From: Isoptericola halotolerans
GTDB taxonomy: Bacteria; Actinomycetota; Actinomycetes; Actinomycetales; Cellulomonadaceae
Length of the DNA: 64,000 bases
Assembly (NCBI RefSeq): GCF_013149785.1
Contig: NZ_JABEZU010000001.1
Coordinates: 620,001 to 684,000, forward strand
Direction of reading: 5' to 3'
Below are positions 58,510-64,000 of the stretch, piece by piece (the stretch's first letter is position 1; each line of letters begins with the position of its first letter). The notes beneath the pieces are model-generated. The model was not told the origin of the DNA. It ran no database searches and saw nothing but the letters and a program-made list of their open reading frames with translations. The position numbers and the translations under genes were made by a program.

Positions 58510-60303
58510 TCAGTCGTCCGTGCGGTGCTCCCACGCGTCGAGGCGCACCGTCCAGGGCCAGGGCAGGGCCGCCTGGAGCGCGTCGCGCAGCCGCTCGCCC
58601 TCGGCCCGGTGCTCGCCTGCCACGGCGGCGTCGTCCCAGCCGTCGAACGGGCCGAAGTGCTCCTGGAACGTCTCCGCCCAGGCGCGGAGCCGGGAGCGCA
58701 GCGTGTCGTCGATGCCGTCCTCGATGCGCGCCGGGAGGCTCGACCACAGCGGCCACTCGGCGGAGTAGTCGTTCATCAGTCGGACCTCGTACGCCGCGTG
58801 CGGCGACGGAGGCTCCGCGGGGCTCTCGGCAGAGAGGTCGGTGCCGACGCCCGGGCTGTCGCCGACGGGGTCCGCGCTGTCCGCGGACGACTCGTCGGCG
58901 GACCCCACGCCGTCGGGGGCGAACACCTCGCCCGACTGCGGTGCGTAGGCGAACCACCCGAAGGACGCGCTTCCGGCACCTGGCTCGGCGAGCGGCCCGC
59001 CGCGCGCGTCGAGCCGCTCCAGCAGGCGGGCGAAGACGTCGCCGGCGCGCAGGCCGTCGTGCTCGAACTCGTTGGTCACCCAGGCGCGGGCGTTGCCCAC
59101 CCGGGCCGTGGTGTCCAGGGAGAGGCCGGCGTCGACGAACATGTCGTCGTGGTAGACCGCCGCCTCGAGCGGCACCTCGTTCGCGGCGAGCACGTCGAGG
59201 TCGTACAGGTCGCGCCAGCCGTCGCGGGCGGCCAGCGCCTCCGCGGCCGCGCGGAACGGCCGCAGGGCGGCGACCTGCTCGAACATCCAGGGGTAGATCA
59301 TCTCGCCGGTGAGGAGCAGCGGCCGGGCGCCGGTGGCGAAGGAGGGGTCGGCGTCGCGCACCCGCTGCGCCGCCCACGCCGTCGGCCCGGTGCTGGACTG
59401 GGCGTAGATGGACTCGTGCAGCACGGCGTACAGCGGGTTGGTGGCGAAGCCGGTGGCGGCCTCGACCTCGGCGAGGAAGGTGTCGGTGAGGGTGTCGGCG
59501 GCGCCTGCTCCAGGCAGGTCGTCGAACGCCTCGTCGATGATCCAGTGCACCCGTTCGAACCCAGGCCCCATGCCGAACGCCATGCCGAGGCTCTGGAAGC
59601 GCTCGACGGTGAGCAGGTCGCCACCGGGCAGGTGCACGTCGCCGACGGCGATCCGGTCGGCGATCCGGGCGATGCGGTCGGCGTCCTGCGGGTACCGCGC
59701 CCGGTACAGCGCGTTCTTCGCGACGACGCGCGGCTGCGTGCGCCCGTAGACGTCGTCGGCGCTCGCGGTCAGGCCGGCCAGCCCGCCGGTGACGTACGAC
59801 GCCGCCACGCCCTCGGGGGCGAGCGACAGGTAGGTGAGCGTGAGGAACCCGCCGTACGACTGGCCGAGCGTGGACCAGCGCCGGTCGTCGTACAGGGTCC
59901 TGCGCACGTGCTCGGCGTCGAGCACGATCGAGTCGGCGCGGAAGTGCGACAGGTGCTCGGCCTGGGCCTCGGCGGTGCCGAGCGCGGCGAGCGTGCCTGC
60001 CCGGACCGCTGTCGACCGCCCCGTGCCGCGCTGGTCGAGAAGCACCACGCGGAACCGTTCGAGCGCCTTGCCGAGCCAACCCTCGGGTCCGGTGGGGCGC
60101 GGCCCCTTCCCGCCGGGGCCGCCCTGGAGGAAGACCAGCAGGGGTAGGTCGTCGTGACGGCGCTGCGGGGCGACGACCTCGCGGACGAACAGCGAGAGCG
60201 TACGGTCGTCGCCGGGCGTCGCCCAGTCGAGGGGGACCGTGAGGGTGCGGTCGGTGACGTGGGCGCCGGGGATCGTGTACCCGGCGGTCGAGGTGATGGT
60301 CAC
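58510..60303 (-). CDS. Prolyl iminopeptidase (S33 alpha/beta hydrolase) with extra C-terminal domain
   Basis: LQGGPG, DQRGTGRS, FRADSIV, GQSYGG, DDMFV, EHDGL; about 160-aa extension. Confidence 0.88.
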   Translation of the reverse strand: MTITSTAGYTIPGAHVTDRTLTVPLDWATPGDDRTLSLFVREVVAPQRRHDDLPLLVFLQGGPGGKGPRPTGPEGWLGKALERFRVVLLDQRGTGRSTAVRAGTLAALGTAEAQAEHLSHFRADSIVLDAEHVRRTLYDDRRWSTLGQSYGGFLTLTYLSLAPEGVAASYVTGGLAGLTASADDVYGRTQPRVVAKNALYRARYPQDADRIARIADRIAVGDVHLPGGDLLTVERFQSLGMAFGMGPGFERVHWIIDEAFDDLPGAGAADTLTDTFLAEVEAATGFATNPLYAVLHESIYAQSSTGPTAWAAQRVRDADPSFATGARPLLLTGEMIYPWMFEQVAALRPFRAAAEALAARDGWRDLYDLDVLAANEVPLEAAVYHDDMFVDAGLSLDTTARVGNARAWVTNEFEHDGLRAGDVFARLLERLDARGGPLAEPGAGSASFGWFAYAPQSGEVFAPDGVGSADESSADSADPVGDSPGVGTDLSAESPAEPPSPHAAYEVRLMNDYSAEWPLWSSLPARIEDGIDDTLRSRLRAWAETFQEHFGPFDGWDDAAVAGEHRAEGERLRDALQAALPWPWTVRLDAWEHRTDD

Positions 60304-60359
60304 GGAAGCAGCCTAAGCCCGGCTTGAGTTCTTGGAGCGGTTGCTCGGATAATGGTCCG

Positions 60360-61073
60360 GTGACCCCGACGGAACTGCGCCCCTCCCACGCCGCCGCGGT
60401 GGCCCTCGGCGTCGGCACGCTCGTGCTGGGCGTGGTGCTCGGCCTCGTCCTGTCGCCCGTCGCCCGCTGGTTGCAGGACGTGCTCGAGGGCACCCCGCTG
60501 CCCGTGCACGGTGCCGTCGGGGTCGTCGCCGACCTGCCTCTGACCTGGTCGCTGCCGATCCTGTCCGGCGCGGGCCTCGTCGGGGGAGTCCTGCTCGCGC
60601 TCGTCGCCGAGTCCGAGATGCTGCGCCTCACCGTGGCCGACGACCACCTCGAGCACCGCACCGACGACCGCGAGGGCTGGATCGAACGCAGCGACGTCGC
60701 GGCCGTGCACCGTGACGGCAAGGACCTCGTCCTCCTCGGTGACGGCGGGCGACCCCGCGCCCGGATGGCGGCGGACGACCTGAACGGCTCGGCGATCGCG
60801 AGCACGCTGCGGGCGCACGGGTGGCCCTGGCTCGACGAGGACCCGTACGACGCCGACTTCGAGCCGTGGATCCACGGCCGGCCCGGGTTCAGCGACGTCG
60901 AGCAGAACCTGCTGCGGGACCGGCTCGACCAGCGCAAGGACGCCGCCGCCGTCGTCCGGCTGGACGACGAGCTCGCCGCCTGCGGGCTGGCCGTCCGCGA
61001 GCGCGACGGACGGCTCCAGGTCCGGCGCTGCGGTGGAGATGGGGAAGGCCGTGGCACGGCCCGTCGACCTTGA
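60360..61073 (+). CDS. YqeB-like membrane protein
   Basis: Two N-terminal TM segments, DGKDLVLL, HGWPW..DPY, GLAVRE. Confidence 0.7.
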   Translation: MTPTELRPSHAAAVALGVGTLVLGVVLGLVLSPVARWLQDVLEGTPLPVHGAVGVVADLPLTWSLPILSGAGLVGGVLLALVAESEMLRLTVADDHLEHRTDDREGWIERSDVAAVHRDGKDLVLLGDGGRPRARMAADDLNGSAIASTLRAHGWPWLDEDPYDADFEPWIHGRPGFSDVEQNLLRDRLDQRKDAAAVVRLDDELAACGLAVRERDGRLQVRRCGGDGEGRGTARRP

Positions 61074-61647
61074 GCGCCACGCGGCCCGGCGTCTGCAGAT
61101 CATCGACGCGGGGCTGACCGTCTTCTCCGAGCGAGGGTACGACGGCGCCACGACGGCCCGGATCTGTCAGCAGGCCGGGATCGGGTCGGGCACGTTCTTC
61201 CACTACTTCGCGACGAAGGCCGACCTGCTGGTGGCGATCCTGGAGCTGGGCACGGACGAGGTCCGCGAACGGGCGGCCGGGCTCGCGGACCGCACGGACC
61301 CGGTGGGTGTCCTGCTCGAGCTGGTGGGGTCGACGGCGGAAGATGCCGCCGACCCGAGGATCCCCGGCTTCGTCCGGGCGGTGGCCGGGGTGATGGACGA
61401 ACCGCGGATCGCCGAGGCGCTCGCCGTCGACGACGCTGCGCAGCGCGACGTCCTGCGGCAGTGGGTGGAGCGCGGCCAGTCGGCCGGTGAGGTCCGCACG
61501 GACGTGCCGGCGGAACGGATCGTGTCGTGGCTGCTGCTCCTCACCGGGGGCTTCCTCGAGAGGGTCGCCGTCGACGAACGCTTCGACCCGACGGTGGAGA
61601 ACGGGCTCCTCGTCGCCACGGCGCGGAACCTCCTGCGCGGTGGGTGA
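61051..61647 (+). CDS. TetR-family regulator
   Basis: IIDAGLTVFSERGYDGAT...GTFFHYFATKADL. Confidence 0.92.
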   Translation: MARPVDLERHAARRLQIIDAGLTVFSERGYDGATTARICQQAGIGSGTFFHYFATKADLLVAILELGTDEVRERAAGLADRTDPVGVLLELVGSTAEDAADPRIPGFVRAVAGVMDEPRIAEALAVDDAAQRDVLRQWVERGQSAGEVRTDVPAERIVSWLLLLTGGFLERVAVDERFDPTVENGLLVATARNLLRGG

Positions 61648-61697
61648 GGTGGGGCGCCCGGCTCTCGACGGGTGCCCTCGCGTGCGACCATCAGACC

Positions 61698-62138
61698 GTG
61701 AGCCAGTCAGAGGCGGCGTCCCCGCACCGACGCGCCAGCCGTGACGAGCTCGTCCGTGTCGTCGGTCGGCTGCTGTGGGTGGGTGCCTGTGCCGGCCTGG
61801 GCGTGGGCGCGGCGGTGGGACTGGTGCTGCTCTTCGACACCCCTGACTACGTCCAGCCCGGCCTGCTGCTCGGCGGGCTGCTGGGGGCTGCCGTCGCGGT
61901 CCCCGTCCAGGCCGTCACCGGCGTGATCGTCTGGAACCTGCTCGCGTCGGTGCACCCGCGGCGCCGACGGGCGGTCGCCGCGGCCGTCGCGACGCCGACG
62001 CTCGCTGCCGCGCTGGTCACCGGCGTCCTGCTGGTGTGGTTGGACGCGCCCTCGAACTGGCTGCTCCCCGCCGTCGCCGTGGTGGTGCTCCTCGTGAGCG
62101 GGGCGACGGCGCGGTGGTGCTTGAGCCCGGCGGGGTGA
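61698..62138 (+). CDS. Hypothetical membrane protein (about 4 TM)
   Basis: GACCAT-N6-GTG; four hydrophobic segments. Confidence 0.6.
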   Translation: MSQSEAASPHRRASRDELVRVVGRLLWVGACAGLGVGAAVGLVLLFDTPDYVQPGLLLGGLLGAAVAVPVQAVTGVIVWNLLASVHPRRRRAVAAAVATPTLAAALVTGVLLVWLDAPSNWLLPAVAVVVLLVSGATARWCLSPAG

Positions 62139-62144
62139 CGTCGC

Positions 62145-62202
62145 GTGCCGGAGGACGTCGGAGGCCGCCGCCCCTGAGGGACAGCGGCCTCCGACGCGGC
62201 AC
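62145..62202. terminator. Hairpin between convergent genes
   Basis: GTCGGAGGCCGC...GCGGCCTCCGAC with outer GTGCCG/CGGCAC. Confidence 0.65.
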
Positions 62203-62208
62203 CGGGGG

Positions 62209-63729
62209 TCAGCGGGCCTCGGCGTCGTCGTCCACCCAGTCGAAGGTCTTGGTCACGGCCTTCTTCCACTGCCGGTAGAGGCGCTCGCGCTCCTCCTCCG
62301 CGACCGACGGCGTCCAGCGCTTGCCCTCGGCCCAGTTGTCGGTGACGTCCTGCTCGCCCTGCCAGAACCCCACGGCGATGCCCGCGGCGTAGGCGGCGCC
62401 CAGCGCCGTCGTCTCGGCGACCTCCGGGCGGACGACGTCGACCCCGAGCTGGTCGGCCTGGAACTGCATGAGCAGCTCGTTGGCGACCATGCCGCCGTCG
62501 ACCTTCAGCTCGGTGAGCTCCACCCCGGAGTCCGCCCGCATGGCGTCCACGACCTCGCGGGTCTGGAAGGCGGTGGCCTCCAGCGCGGCACGGGCGATGT
62601 GGTTGCGGTCCACGTACCGCGTGAGACCGACGAGCGCCCCGCGGGCGTCCGGACGCCAGTACGGGGCGAACAGGCCGGAGAACGCCGGGACGAAGTAGGC
62701 CCCGCCGTTGTCGTCGACCTTGCGCGCCATGTACTCGATGTCCGGTGCGTCGGCGAACAGCCCGAGGTTGTCCCGCAACCATTGCACCAGCGACCCGGTG
62801 ACGGCGATCGAGCCTTCCAGGGCGTAGACGGCGTCGGCGTCGCCGATCTTGTAGCAGACCGTCGTGAGCAGGCCGTTCTCGGACGGGACCTTCTCCGTGC
62901 CGGTGTTGAGCAGCATGAAGTTGCCCGTGCCGTAGGTGTTCTTCGCCGTGCCGACCTCGAAGCAGGCCTGCCCGAAGGTCGCGGCCTGCTGGTCACCGAG
63001 GATCCCGGCGATCGGCACGCCCGGCACCATGCCGCGCGGACGGCCCCGGCCGTACACCTCGGACGAGGAACGGATCTCGGGCAGCATCGACAGCGGGATC
63101 CCCATGTCGGCGGCGATGTCCTCGCGCCAGCTCAGGGTGTCGAGGTCCATGAGCATGGTGCGCGAGGCGTTGGTGACGTCCGTGACGTGCACGCCCCCCT
63201 CGGTCCCGCCGGTCATGTTCCACAGCACCCACGTGTCGGTGTTGCCGAACAGGAGGTCGCCGCGCTCGGCGGCCTCGCGGGCGCCGTCGACGTTGTCGAG
63301 GATCCACTTGATCTTCGGCCCCGAGAAGTAGGTGGCCAGCGGCAGACCGACGACCGACTTGTACTTGTCGGCCCCCTCGTCGCCCCCGAGCTCGTCGACG
63401 ATCGCCTGTGTGCGGGTGTCCTGCCACACGATGGCGTTGTAGACGGGCTTGCCGGTGTTCTTGTCCCAGACGACGGCGGTCTCGCGCTGGTTGGTGATGC
63501 CGACGGCGGCGAGATCCTCGTGCGAGATGTTGCCGCGGGTCAGCGCCAGGCCGACGACCTCACGGACGTTGTTCCAGATCTGCTCGGCGTTGTGCTCGAC
63601 CCAGCCGGCCTTGGGGAAGATCTGGTCGTGCTCGAGCTGGCCCGTCGCGACGCTGCGACCCGAGTGGTCGAAGACGATGGCACGCGAGCTCGTGGTGCCC
63701 TGGTCGATGGCGAGGACGTAGTCGGCCAT
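62209..63729 (-). CDS. glpK: Glycerol kinase
   Basis: [49 protein letters not shown]. Confidence 0.96.
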   Translation of the reverse strand: MADYVLAIDQGTTSSRAIVFDHSGRSVATGQLEHDQIFPKAGWVEHNAEQIWNNVREVVGLALTRGNISHEDLAAVGITNQRETAVVWDKNTGKPVYNAIVWQDTRTQAIVDELGGDEGADKYKSVVGLPLATYFSGPKIKWILDNVDGAREAAERGDLLFGNTDTWVLWNMTGGTEGGVHVTDVTNASRTMLMDLDTLSWREDIAADMGIPLSMLPEIRSSSEVYGRGRPRGMVPGVPIAGILGDQQAATFGQACFEVGTAKNTYGTGNFMLLNTGTEKVPSENGLLTTVCYKIGDADAVYALEGSIAVTGSLVQWLRDNLGLFADAPDIEYMARKVDDNGGAYFVPAFSGLFAPYWRPDARGALVGLTRYVDRNHIARAALEATAFQTREVVDAMRADSGVELTELKVDGGMVANELLMQFQADQLGVDVVRPEVAETTALGAAYAAGIAVGFWQGEQDVTDNWAEGKRWTPSVAEEERERLYRQWKKAVTKTFDWVDDDAEAR

Positions 63730-63778
63730 GCTGTGCTCCTTTGCTTGAGGGTGTTTCGATGCGATGGAAGGGCGCGGG

Positions 63779-64000
63779 TCAGCCGAAGGCGACCGCGGGG
63801 GCGAGCAGACCGGCGAGGATCCCACCGGTGACGGGGCCCGCGACGGGCACCCAGGAGTACGCCCAGTCGCTGGATCCCTTGCCCTTGATGGGCAGCAGGG
63901 CGTGCGCGATGCGCGGTCCGAGGTCACGGGCCGGGTTGATGGCGTAGCCGGTGGGGCCACCGAGGCTGGCACCGATGCCGACCACGAGCAGGGCGACGGC
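63779..64000 (-). CDS. glpF: Glycerol uptake facilitator, 3' part (truncated by window end)
   Basis: [18 protein letters not shown]; upstream of glpK. Confidence 0.9.
   Translation of the reverse strand, partial: AVALLVVGIGASLGGPTGYAINPARDLGPRIAHALLPIKGKGSSDWAYSWVPVAGPVTGGILAGLLAPAVAFG

Noticed and set aside
54060..59312. 1750-aa + strand ORF
   Set aside because: Antisense shadow of the Pls, M1 and pip genes; low-complexity Arg/Gly/Pro content

Overview
High-GC actinobacterial chromosome segment (Micrococcales-like gene content). I found no rRNA, tRNA, CRISPR array or transposase. 1-19.6 kb is a pectin/rhamnogalacturonan-utilisation locus: a 1844-aa secreted CE12 esterase + PL11 lyase, three Gfo/Idh/MocA oxidoreductases, a LacI repressor fused to a PmoA/DUF6807-like domain, an ABC sugar importer and UxaA, linked by five copies of a LacI-type operator. 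19.7-28.4 kb holds MerR, MarR, an LLM/FAD-oxidase fusion, an AAA_14/DUF4143-type ATPase-nuclease preceded by a 33-bp tandem repeat, and an AKR-PfkB-kinase operon. 28.4-39.3 kb is an Lrp-linked leucine catabolism operon containing two MIRU-like coupling micro-ORFs. 39.4-48.8 kb holds tdk, ThuA-like, copC, MFS, AraC, trmL, an MDR plus a Ser/Thr proline-racemase-family enzyme, a kinase-like gene, and trpS behind a Trp-Trp leader peptide that is absent from the ORF track. 48.9-60.3 kb holds pckG opposite a RamB/PrpR-like regulator, then a PPTase, an M1 aminopeptidase, a Pls/PosA-family membrane NRPS and an extended prolyl iminopeptidase. The window ends with TetR, glpK and a partial glpF. The best candidates for new biology are the repeat-fronted ATPase-nuclease, the Pls-family polymer system, the trpS attenuator, the LacI-DUF6807 fusion and the coupling micro-ORFs. 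All family calls come from motif recognition by eye, not database searches.
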